Below are positions 26,401 through 37,220 of a DNA stretch of 64,000 bases, in pieces. Each line of letters starts with the position of its first letter. Position 1 is the first letter of the stretch. The DNA is from Lingula anatina (lineage: Eukaryota; Animalia; Brachiopoda), in the NCBI GenBank assembly GCA_051362555.1, contig CM120641.1:2790001-2854000 (forward strand), given 5' to 3'. The notes under the pieces are model-generated. The model saw only the letters and a list, made by a program, of their open reading frames with translations, was not told where the DNA came from and searched no databases. The position numbers and the translations under genes were made by a program.

Positions 26401-29400
26401 TTTTCGTTCATTTTCTTCTGTATGAATCCCTGAAAAAATTTGAGACTAAAGAGAAAATAGCACACGTTTTACCAGTCTGTGCCAAGTACTTGTGAACTTA
26501 CAGACCATCCGGGCCACCATGTTTTGAATCTACTAGCTTGAACCAAAATTCACTGTCTCAAGTTCAGTTTTCACAAAAATTACTTTAATTAACACATTAA
26601 GATTAAACAAGCTTCCAATTACAATTAAGAACAAAAACATGGGATTTTCAAAAGGCTATTAAAAAGACTTCAGCATTTAGACTGGGATTGGCAGTTGGGC
26701 CAGTGGTTTACTTTGCAGACTGTTTTATTGTGCCCATAGCAGTGGATATCATTTGCAAATTGCATTAGGTGAGAAACGGTGATTGTGTCAGGCTCTTGCG
26801 TTCTGGTATAATGAAAATAATGATTGCACTAAATATCAATTTGATTTGGAGGAAATAAATTTGTTCCAGTGAAAATAATTTACAGTTTGGGAATTGTTCC
26901 AGTATTCATCACATTGAGGTTATCTCTACTAAATTTGATATCTGTATCATATAACATGCAATTGTTTGATTAGATTTAAAAGCAAATCACTTGAGGCATT
27001 GTAAATTACTTTAAATGATGTTAAGCTTTATGTGAAACCTTGAAGTTGAAAGTTCTCTAATCTTGTTGATTTTTGCAGGGGGAAAAAAAGTCTTATGGTC
27101 TTGAATTGAAATGCAGTTGTCATTGGGCTGCACAAGATATGAATGTTTTGTTTAAATCCACAAAAAATACTGTTTTAAACCTTAGTTGAAACATTTTACA
27201 GTCCAAAAAATTTGCCGGAACTTGGGTCTTTTTTGCTGACAAAATGAGTTTAAATAGGTACACATTTGTGGCCCTGAGTTTATGGACATTATAATATAAA
27301 AATACATATAATTCATACATAATGGTTTTCTGCATTGAACCATATTCTAGAAAAGGCTTCTTATATCAAGCTGAGAAGGCTTTGTTAAATTCTCATGGGG
27401 ATACACCTAGTTTTTTGGACCATGCTGCAGTTTCAATAGAAGATACAATAAACTTTTCTTTGAGAGCCTAATAATGAACTTCCCCAGCTGTATATAGGCA
27501 CAAAGGATGAATGTTTTATGGCACATTGATCATTTCTATTATTGACAGGCCAGTTGAGTTGTAGCATTACTTTGTGGTATTTCATATTTTGTTGTACATG
27601 ATTGGAACGAAAAAAAAAAAGGCTTTTGAATTTTTTATGAGTTAACTATATGTGTTGGAGCAATGTTTTGAAGGTGATGATGAAAGTAATATCATTAGTA
27701 AAGGAATGGTGGGAGGCAAACTGGGGATATGTGAATGTTAATATTTTATATCAAGTCTAATGATTTTAGTCAAGCATTTCAAAATAAAATGAAGTTTGAT
27801 TTGAAAAAACAATGACAAGTGGAATGGAAATTGATAAATTCCTTTGGCTCAGGTTTTGATAATAAGGAATCATTTTGAATTTAGGAATTGGCAGTTGATG
27901 TTGATATTACTTAGATCCATACCAGGAATCTGTAATACTGTAAATAACCAAAATGTAATTATTTGGTCTAATATTTGATGACTAGAAAATTTAAGTGGGA
28001 GGGTGACTTGAAAGGGGAAGTCTGTTTCAATAACTCTTGGACTCACTACAAGTTTTCAGATTAGGAAGGAGTTGGTTGAGTTACTGAATCTAGAGTTATC
28101 AAATAAAACCACCTGTGTATGGTTAGCATGTTGATTTACCATCCATTTCACACCTGTGAAACATTGAGGATGTGGCTTGAGGGGGGTGAAAATCGTGAGA
28201 ATTTATCCCGAGAGGTTGTGCATTTGGTGACTTTGATAAGTGAGAATTTTATCAGGTGAAAGCAATCTACCTGTCAAAGATGTGGAAATGAAAGTATTAA
28301 GTTTGGACTTAAAGGAAGTATTACTTTTTAAATTGGTTACTTGATTTTGCGGACTGTTTAATTTTTTGCCTTAAACAAATGTTTTATTTTTTACATTTGT
28401 TTAACATTTCAGTCTGTGGTCATTTTGACCTCCAGTTTGACAGCTGTTTTACTTGGTGTGCTAGTGAAAATTTTTCCATCTGGGAACATTTAAGTTGCCA
28501 GAAACCTATTAAAGTGATACAACTGCCATGTTACTCAATTTAATGGTAGGCCAGACAGAATTGATGAATTGTCCAACAAGTTTGACTGAACTAATATGAG
28601 GAAATAAGTTTCTTTTTTTCTTTTTTTTTTTTTTGCACGGTTATTTTCTTCTTTGTTATGCTGAAAAAAAACTTTCTTTGTGGATTAACCAACTTATCAG
28701 TTTTGTCTGGTCTTATCTGTAAAAAAATCCTGATCTCACTCATTTTTAAAGGATATTTATATAGAAATAGTAATATACATTAAAAAGTAACTGGTTACAA
28801 TAATGGATGAATTTTTTGTTTTGAAAAGCACAGGTGTTGAAAATGCAAAGTTCTTATCATGCCCAACACTGTAATTTCTTAGCCAATTTAGTTGTAACCT
28901 TCAGCATTGTCCTTGTACTATTCCATTTTTTCTGTCATTATGTTCACTAAATGGGCAATCAGTTAAAAATAGGATTTATGATAACGTCAGTTTTTGCATA
29001 CTGACTTTTCAAATGAAGTATTTGTCTCAAAATAGATATCTTTAAGAATCTTGATGGATAGTTATGGTTGCTGTTCATATTAAAGATGCTTGCTCAAATA
29101 GTGATTTTGCATGACTTTATTTCTTCTTTTATTTTAATAGGAAAGATGATGTAATTTATTTTAGAAAAAACTGGACTATTGTCTGTAGCATAATTTTCTT
29201 AAACACTATCAAAGAAAACCATGCCATTGACCTAATGTAGATAGTGTTTTGTGTTGAAGATCGATTCTTGGCATCCATTTGTGGGGTTGATTGATTATTT
29301 GCATGCTGTATCCTAGACTTTTACATGTCACTGCTACATGTCTATGTGCTTCTACATGTACAATGGTATGCACTGAGTTTGTATCCCACAAAATGGCTTT

Positions 29401-31448
29401 TTCACTCTCACTCAGTACGCAATATGGTATATATCACACATTTTCCCTCAAAATCCACCATTTTGAACTTTAGGAGCAAAAGGTTACATCTTGAACATTT
29501 ATTCCGTTTATCAAGTATAGAGTCATTTTTATTTTTTTTAAATTTTGTTTGTCAATTGTTGCATGAACTGTTTGTCAGCTTTTTAATACATGGTTCTAAT
29601 TCTACTCAAATTTCTGAAACTGTGAATGTTTTTTCATATCATACTGATGAAAATCTTTTGATGCACACACCAAAAGAAATTGGACATGTGAGGATGAATG
29701 TGAGGATGAGCTATTATCACAAACAGACAGATTGTTGAATTAGGTAATTCTTTTTAGAGAAATGACTGTCATTATTGATGAATTCATTGTTGGAGTGGAG
29801 GAAATGGTTATGTTTTGAACAGCGAGCAATTCCCATAACAGCCACGGTTTACCTCAAATCTGATATCCGGTTTTCAATATTGCTAGTTTAGTGTCAATTC
29901 CGTTCAAGGACAAAATTATTGATATATTGATCATTTTACAAAAACATGACTTCAGGCACAGGAAATAGGATCCTTTGGCTGTAGGAGCTTTATTTGTTTT
30001 GATAATACTGTATGCAGAGGGCTTTCTAATGGAGAGCAGTTCTGGTGTGTTAGCAGGAAATGTAATAAATATGAACATTTAGGTACATATCTTATGCAAG
30101 GTTGCCACCAGCTAAAAGCTGTTTATAACTGCAAATGTTTATTATGAAGGACTTACAGCATTGTTCACTTAAAAAATGAATAATAAAGAATATTTAGTGA
30201 AGGAAGGAATGCTGTAGATGGGTAATTTTATTTTTGGCACACATACTTCTGGCAGGTTTTAGAGTGGAGAATATGACTGAATACCCGTTGGTAGCATTTT
30301 GTCATTGGGTGATAATTAGTTCGTTGTTTCTCTTTCTGTTGCAGCTGCTACAAGAATTTGATAATCAGGCTCTTAAAAGAAGTAAGGCAACACCTTACTA
30401 TTTCATTGTTAAAGGAGGATATTAGAATCACTTCTGTGATAGAGTGAGGAAGCACTTGGTTAACACACAATTATTTAAGGGTGAGATTTTGTTCATGGGA
30501 GAGTGTGTCCTAGAATTGAATATAAGATGGACAATATTTTCATTTGTTTGGCAAGAAACTTCCAATAAATATAAAATTTTAGGTTTTTTGTGCAAGGTTG
30601 CCACCTGCTTATTTATTTATTTGCATAGCTAAAAGAGGACAAAAGTAATAGTTCACTTACAAAACAAAGGAAGGAAACCTCTAGATTAATAATTTACTGG
30701 TAGAATACATGCACCTTATCACCGCAACAGGGTTTGCTTGGTTACAATAAACTTTGGTTACAATAAACTTTCTGTAGAGCATATTCATTTTTCTGGCAGG
30801 TTTGAGAAGTACGAATATGTCTAAAACCCCATTGGTAGCATTGTCAGTGGGTAATAATTGGTTCTTTATTTTTCTTTCTGTTGCAACTGCTAAAGCAATT
30901 TTGATATTCAAATATTTAAAAGAAGTAAGGCAATACCTAAATTGTTCAGGGAAGGCATTATACTTTAGTCACTACCATGATCAACATTAACATTTGATAA
31001 TTGAAGTCTGAAGAAGTAGGGCAACACTGGATTAACACTTAGTTAATAACAGGCTGAGATATATGTTCATGGAAATGGTGTCTTGGATATGGAGAGGGTG
31101 TTATCCTAAAATGGAATATAAGATGGACAATACTTACATAAAACTTATCAGAAAAAAAAATTACCAGTTGTAATCAAGTGAGGTTATTGGTGTGTAATAT
31201 AATTTGTTTGCTCCCCCCTCCCCAGGTTGTCAATGTGAAGGACTCAGAGACTCAGGTAAATTTATTTTCACCTCCTGTTTATATACATGTATATGTATCT
31301 GTTTGTAATTCTTTCTGTTCTCATTTTTGTCATGTTTCTCCTCCAGGGAATCCATTTCTACACCCAAACCAAGACAATTACACAGATGTGGCGCGAGGAC
31401 GATGCTACGGACACACAAGCAGCCACTGCCATGCCTGTAATGCGCTAA
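11425..31448 (+). CDS. ALDH6A1: Methylmalonate-semialdehyde dehydrogenase (acylating), mitochondrial
   Basis: Approximate exons 11425-11454, (12126-12161), 12341-12397, 12632-12706, 12926-13087, 13544-13622, 14014-14168, 20277-20423, 20771-20835, 23394-23450, 23792-23851, 24305-24434, 24614-24795, 25059-25237, 25702-25800, 31347-31448. Motifs [31 protein letters not shown], catalytic [39 protein letters not shown] and [13 protein letters not shown] are diagnostic of ALDH6. The N-terminus resembles a mitochondrial presequence. Confidence 0.97.
14360..19991 (+). mobile_element. Nested array of a non-autonomous Helentron/HINE-like family in an ALDH6A1 intron
   Basis: 5' ends TTTTATGTACAGACACA-GA-TGTGTCTGTACA (palindrome) followed by a (GCCGAT/GTC)n microsatellite at ~14360, ~15470 and ~16022. 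Internal tandem units of ~160 bp and ~400 bp. 3' ends TGTCTGTACATTTGACAGCTTTGCTGCCTTGTT (subTIR, small hairpin, CTTG) at ~17890 and ~19991. Insertions fall in T-runs with no TSD. Confidence 0.85.
20894..23077 (+). mobile_element. Further copy of the same HINE-like family in another ALDH6A1 intron
   Basis: Same 5' palindrome and microsatellite at 20899, same internal repeats, and the same 3' end ...GTCTGTACATTTGACAGCTTTGCTGCCTTGTT at 23077. Confidence 0.85.
22642..22952 (+). mobile_element. 3' fragment of a different Helitron/Helentron family nested in the element above
   Basis: Abrupt break from the host consensus at ~22642. TGACCTTGACC motifs, a long C run, an ACTGGC-TTTA-GCCAGT hairpin (22925-22940) and a CTAGTT terminus (22947-22952), after which host sequence resumes. 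Confidence 0.65.
23080..23378. repeat. Intronic minisatellite, ~76-77-bp unit, ~4 copies, just upstream of an ALDH6A1 acceptor
   Basis: TATTTAAAGAAAAGGTAAACTGTGT(C/G)ATTGTAGC...AACAGAAAAATCT is repeated with alternating variants. Confidence 0.9.
25466..25663. mobile_element. Foldback/MITE-like long imperfect hairpin in an ALDH6A1 intron
   Basis: Nested inverted repeats: GCAGACTAACTGATC/GATCTGTTAGTCTGC, ATGGC..ACCCACTT/AAGTGGGT..GCCAT and ACTTGCTGCATAA/TTATGCAGCAAGT. Confidence 0.65.
30095..31135. repeat. Diverged tandem duplication (~500-550-bp unit, 2 copies) in the last ALDH6A1 intron
   Basis: Shared blocks in the same order: GCAAGGTTGCCACC (30096/30592), TTCTGGCAGGTTT (30248/30790), TTGGTAGCATT, CTTTCTGTTGCA, AAAAGAAGTAAGGCAA and GAATATAAGATGGACAATA. 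Confidence 0.8.
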
Positions 31449-32590
31449 AACCTCGCGGAAAAAAATATAAAAAAAAAACAGAATTAGGAAAATGGAGCCT
31501 GCATTCCTTGCCAAAGGCACACCATGAGAGAGTTTTGTATAATGGGTGCCGACCTTGGTCATGAAATAATGATCACATGTACTCTATGAATAACCACTTA
31601 TCCGTACGAGATATGCTCATTGATTTGAAGATTGATATATTTGTTTAGAGTTGTTAAAATTTTTTTACCAAATTCAGTACAAACTGAAATGTGGTTAACT
31701 TAATGAATTAGGCAATTAATTGATAGCAAAAAGATAAATGAAATTTAAGCTCACATTCTTTCATCATTAATAAGGCATCATTTTATAAAGCAGCGTAATC
31801 TGTTATTATACTTCCACATATTGAAATTATGCAAAAGAAAGGAAGAAAAAATTATAATCATGTTTCTGTGGGCAAATTAAGAGGGGCAGCTAATCATGAC
31901 TCATCCTTTCCTGGGAGATACAGTGCTTTGTGACGTGTATTTCTTTTGAAAAAAGCATTAGCAATATGGTAATATATGTATATCCACTTTAAAAATTTGC
32001 AGTTTGAAGTTTTGCAAATAACACGATTTCACATAAATTTGATTATTTTTATAAACAATCTTTGCCATGGCAGTAAAAACCCATATGTGACAGTCACACA
32101 CTTTGAATATGCTGTACTTTTTATGAAAATAAATATAGTACTGTAAAAGGAAGTTTTCCTCAGATTTATGAATAATCAAATGACAGTTATGTTACTTTAA
32201 AAATATCTTTTTTATATCCATTTTCAATTTTCGAAGTTCAAAAAGACCAAAATTTGTATCAGTCTTTTATACAAGTTTTAAAAAAAGTTTTCAAAATTAT
32301 CAAGGGAAAACAATGTAATATTTTCCAACTTAAAATTATGAAAGGGGAAAAATCCAAATGTTTTAGTATTGCATAAAATAAAATGCATAATTACCCTAAG
32401 TGCCACATTCCTTGTTTTATATTCTGCCCATGTCAAGTGGAAGTAGGTGGAGTTGTAAGCATCATTCTCATTGGTTTGAACATAGACAAAAAATTGGGCT
32501 CAAGTGAAAAAAAGCCACCCCCTCGATTGTAATGTGGCCCGTAAATCCTGTCAACTTTTTTGTGCTTTCCAGAGAATTAAGGGTAACTAA

Positions 32591-32792
32591 GGGCTCATTC
32601 TCAATGAAACTACCATTCTACGTAGATGGATCAATTAACACGCCTCCTCTTGTTTCCAACATACTCCTATAATCACCAGCTTTTGTATTGTACTCAACGC
32701 AAGTAGGTGTGTTAATCTGATTGCATTCTGCGAGAGTCCCAGCAGAGTGGGAGTGATCTACATAGAATAATAGTTTTATTGGAAATGAGCCC
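32591..32792. mobile_element. MITE (PIF/Harbinger-Tourist-like)
   Basis: ~37-bp imperfect TIRs GGGCTCATTCTCAATGAAACTACCATTCTACGTAGAT / ATCTACATAGAATAATAGTTTTATTGGAAATGAGCCC, flanked by TAA and TTA. An inner inverted repeat ATTAACACGCCT/AGGTGTGTTAAT is also present. Confidence 0.75.
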
Positions 32793-34810
32793 TTATATCC
32801 ATTATCAACATACTCTTGATGTTTTCAGCCCCAGTTTCAGAGATAAGTGGATACTAAGTGTCAGTAACTGGTGCACATAATGATAAATAATAAGCACATC
32901 TTCCGCTGACAGCTCCACTGCTTGATAACTACAGGACTTCATACCTAGTGGTTATAATCCACCATGTTGCTCCAGATATCTTACCCAAACTACATTTTGG
33001 CATAATCACTGAAGACATGGCTAAGCTACACGGACAATAAAATTAACAACACAAAAAGCTGTTTTCACATTTATTCTTATAAATTATCAAAATGAAATAT
33101 GTTAAAGATCAGGAAATCTAGTAATGTTTTTCCAATGACTGCATTTACGAACAAAATATTTTCTTTGTAATATTGTAACAAGATTATGTTGTTTTTCAAC
33201 TTATTAACCAGGAACTCGAGCTTCAAGTCTGACAGCGTGCTGTATTTTCCCCACTTCAAAATGGACCTCCAGCAGGGAGGTACAAAGAAGAAATTCTTCC
33301 CAAAACCTGTTTTCGTACCTCATGCCAACATATACTACCACCATAACTTGCTTACATTGACAGTGGTCTTTCTTTCCAACCCATTTCATTATAATCTGAG
33401 TCAATTTCCCTTCATTTGTTATCCAATTGCTCCAAAACCACCAGACTATGAGAGAGAATATACGAAAATACCAATCTTGGCAGAACAGTCGTGGTAAAAA
33501 AAAAAAGTGAATCTTCCCCTTTGAATGTGATATCTGATGTCACAATATTAAAAGATAATGTGAACAATATGACAAATAATATATTTTTAAAAATTATACG
33601 CGGACTTCTCACCATTTTATGGACTCGAGTTCAAAAACCCAGTATAATTGGCATTGTTAGAAATGAAAGTGAAATTTGATAACAATAAGCTAGCTACCCA
33701 GTCAGCTGATAAAAATGTAAGATATGCATTTCATTCTCTACACTACACAATGCTGGTATAGTATAAAAGATAGCCACATTAATGGGTAAAGCATGTATGA
33801 CCCAATTTAGCACTTACAAACCCACAGCTTTGGGCACAGCAATGATAGGCTTTTAATGTCATTACAACTGAAAAAAGTATGTTGCGCCCACCTCCTATGG
33901 GCAAACTATATACTATAGAGATAATTATGCTATATATATATATATTCAGAACCCCACATAAAGAAATAGCATTCTTACTCTGGAGGCATTATACACATAG
34001 CATCATGCAGACAGGGCTATAAAATGCTGTCTGTGGGCCAAAATGGCCTCCACCCCCATGCAAAAATCTGAGTGCTGACATCAACGGCCTTTTTTTATCA
34101 GCTCTGTACTCTGATGTTATCTCTTTAGTAACTATAGGAAAAAAAAACAGGAAGGATTTACATGCATAAGCAATGACAAGTGGAATTATAAAAAGATAAG
34201 ACTGACACTGAGAGTGTTCTTTCCTTACCAACTTAGGTGTAATCCAATATAGTGTTTATATAGGATATACCTCAGACTCTTATTTTAACTTTCATTTTGT
34301 TCTCTGAGTCATTCACCTCCTCTAAGAGCTGTTAGAAACTGCAATATAATCATCATTGGCAAAGTAAAACTGACATAAAAGTGTAACAGAAACAAAAAAG
34401 AAATTGCTGTGTGCCACTTAGAAAAAAATCTTTCATCAAATCTGCATGTAATCCTGGGTCTCTGCTTCTCAATTTTGTCATGAACAATCATGCACATATT
34501 ACGACAAAAATTTGTAGTTTTTCTATAAATAACTATATCTCTGTATAAACAGTTCAATTTTCAAAACAACAATTGTCAAATTCCAAATGAAACCAAAAGA
34601 TATAACAAGCTTTAATCCTCAATGATAATGTAACAGACGCCTTAGAAAAGGACAAAATGAGCAGGCATCTTAAGTTAATTACTGCTATAATTATCATCTA
34701 TACCAAAAAATCTAATCAGTTCGTGCATGTTAGTTAAAAATTTATCTGAAATATATTATTATCTGATCATAATATATATCATATCATAAAAGAACACTAG
34801 TCTATACTTT

Positions 34811-36418
34811 CTATAACTTGGCATTCATCACCATTTCACTTTGAGCTTGGTTGTCGCACATGTCAGTATCAGCACTGTAGTCAAACCTCCGCACCCGAAC
34901 CTTCTGCTTGTAGTGGTAATACTTTAAGAATGCCTGCAGCTTTTTGGGCAGCGGCAAATACGTGACTCCATCATATGTAGTATTACTACAAATCACAGAC
35001 CTGCAGAGATGTTGGAGTGAGAAGGGGTTGGTTCTGTTCAGGGGTATTGTCAACATTGGCTCAAAAAACATACAGCAACTGGGGTCCTTGTAGTGTTCAA
35101 TAAGTCCACACACAGTATCTGCTGCAAAAACACCGGGATCGTGGGAATCAAAGCTGAATTTATGATTCCACTGCTCAATTCTGGCATGCAATGAGCGACC
35201 GTATCGCCTGAAACTGACAGAGAATAGGAATTCCTCTTGAGCGCTGTCTCTTAGCAGGAATGTTCCTTCGGGGCGATTCTCCAATACGCGTTCTGCCTCG
35301 TAGCGATCCATGATGCCCCAGTAGAATCCGCAGGCTGAGATGTGGAGCAAGTCGGGCACCAGGCAATGGATGTAGTCCACCTGAGTGTGGACAGGCTGGG
35401 AAGGAGCAGGCACCATAACACTGGTACAGCTATTGATATCACTGTAATGAGATTCATTCTGGTGAGCCACAGTGCCATTTGTACTAGGACTGACATTAGG
35501 ACCACCATGGGGCGCTACTGGTGGCGATGGTGATATAGATGAGGCAGCAAGGGCTGCAGACATTGGATATGTATTCTGTATAACAAGTTGTCTCTGTAGG
35601 GCAATACCTAAAGTAGATATCTGATCTTCCAGGGGAATATGAGGTTGGTACGGCACATTTGGGCCAATAGTTATGTCAATCCCTCGCTCCATGTCTCTAC
35701 GTCTTTGTTCTATCATGACCTCATCTGGGTCCACCGTGGGGTACTCCTCAGGGTCAAACTGAGACAAATCTATGAGTACTCTATCCGGTCTTACTACGAT
35801 AGGACTCGGTACCACTCTTGCTAACATTTCCCTCGTAAGTCTCTGCTCCTGGTCACGGACTGCGAGGAGGCGACCTGGAGGTGGACCTGTCACAGGAGGT
35901 GTGTGTGTGTGTCCAGTAGCACCACCTTCAGCACCATCTGAAGAAGAAAACACCACACCTGGCCCCAACACGTGGTCCTGTGTGCGCCTGTATCCAGTAC
36001 ACACACACCCACTGGCTGGGGATGAGGGCGTCACTTCTGCTAGTCCTGTGGTTTTACTTTTACGCATTCTATTTGCAAACCTGCCCTTTATCCGAAAAGA
36101 TGACCAGAACCGCCTCCGCTTCTTGCCTGAATCTTTTGGTTTGTTACTATCAGATTTTCTCCTACGTAGTGTTAACGTTCGTGTCAGTCTTTTTCTAGGG
36201 GATTCTGGTGTCCTTTGGGTTTCTATATGTTGAGCATCTGAACACTTATTTTTTCCAGTTTTTGGTTTTGCTCCCTTGAAATCTTCATATGGGTCCTTCT
36301 TCTTACCAGCTTCTGCTGTTGGAACAACATTCTTTTCATGATTATTCTTTGACTGATTTGACATAACTTTTTCCCTATTTTGAGCTTTATGGCTTTGAGA
36401 GGACTGACAATTTGCCAT
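34811..36418 (-). CDS. SOCS5: Suppressor of cytokine signaling 4/5-like (SH2 + SOCS box), single coding exon
   Basis: 535-aa ORF with [74 protein letters not shown] (SOCS4/5-type SH2) and the SOCS box [12 protein letters not shown]...[21 protein letters not shown]. It is probably co-orthologous to vertebrate SOCS4 and SOCS5. Predicted 5'UTR intron 36492-36862. Confidence 0.95.
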   Translation of the reverse strand: MANCQSSQSHKAQNREKVMSNQSKNNHEKNVVPTAEAGKKKDPYEDFKGAKPKTGKNKCSDAQHIETQRTPESPRKRLTRTLTLRRRKSDSNKPKDSGKKRRRFWSSFRIKGRFANRMRKSKTTGLAEVTPSSPASGCVCTGYRRTQDHVLGPGVVFSSSDGAEGGATGHTHTPPVTGPPPGRLLAVRDQEQRLTREMLARVVPSPIVVRPDRVLIDLSQFDPEEYPTVDPDEVMIEQRRRDMERGIDITIGPNVPYQPHIPLEDQISTLGIALQRQLVIQNTYPMSAALAASSISPSPPVAPHGGPNVSPSTNGTVAHQNESHYSDINSCTSVMVPAPSQPVHTQVDYIHCLVPDLLHISACGFYWGIMDRYEAERVLENRPEGTFLLRDSAQEEFLFSVSFRRYGRSLHARIEQWNHKFSFDSHDPGVFAADTVCGLIEHYKDPSCCMFFEPMLTIPLNRTNPFSLQHLCRSVICSNTTYDGVTYLPLPKKLQAFLKYYHYKQKVRVRRFDYSADTDMCDNQAQSEMVMNAKL

Positions 36419-36899
36419 CTTTACGAATGTATGGTAAAAAGCTCCACTGAATAAATGATCCCATATCTTGGTGTGGGTTTACCACATGATTCTGAAATAA
36501 ACAAAAGGAAATCATGAGTAAACAGATATTTAAAGAATGGGGATTTTTTCCGCTTTCTTTTTACAGTAGTCGGTACTTGGCCCCTAGTTCGCAGACAATA
36601 AATGTGCTAGCGTGGAAATCAAAATGATTGGTTCATTTTTGTTTTCAAACCAAAACCAAAAGTGACCCTGGGAAAATTATTAGTCATGCTCAAACTCACA
36701 ATAAAGCATTCTTCTCACTTGCCGAACTTGTCTTGACTTGGTCGGATCGATATTGTCCATCTCAAACAAATCACACGAATGATCTAACTACAAAAACTGG
36801 TGATTCATTAGACCATCCACTTCAGTGTAGTTAAAAATAGTCAAGAAATAAAATATACTCACAACGTTTTCTCTCACCAAACACTACGTCTGTACATAA

Positions 36900-37220
36900 A
36901 AGTACAAAATATGTTCTGTCTATGGTGCGGAAGTATGAGATTACCGATGACGTCACATGCAACGCAGTGAATGCACATATTTGCATATTTTTGAAGGGGA
37001 AAAATAAATTCAGTTAATAAAATTTCAAGACACTTTAAATGAGGATATGCCCTGAAAAAACTAATTTATGATGTTTAAATTTTATTCAATGCTAAAACTA
37101 ACTTTCGAATACTGACCAATCATAACAGCATGTTGTTGCTTACTGCGGCCGTGGCGGGAATTCTTGATCAGGGATTTTGCGGGAAAAGAATCATTTGACT
37201 TTGTTAACCAAGTAACTAAA
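36900..37220. promoter_or_regulatory. Bidirectional promoter SOCS4/5 / WDHD1
   Basis: Full CRE TGACGTCA at 36948-36955, octamer ATTTGCAT at 36979-36986, CCAAT box at ~37116, and two E2F-type sites GGCGGGAA (37153-37160) and GCGGGAAA (37179-37186) just upstream of the WDHD1 ATG. Confidence 0.7.

Noticed and set aside
27930-27955. TAATACTGT, matching the miR-8/miR-200 5' end
   Set aside because: The match stops after the seed region and no precursor hairpin is apparent.
33186-33497. 103-aa plus-strand ORF between ALDH6A1 and SOCS
   Set aside because: No recognisable domain or splice context. It probably lies antisense to the SOCS 3'UTR.
35175-36233. Overlapping alternative-frame and antisense ORFs in the SOCS CDS
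   Set aside because: Expected shadows of a GC-richer coding exon, with no recognisable motifs.
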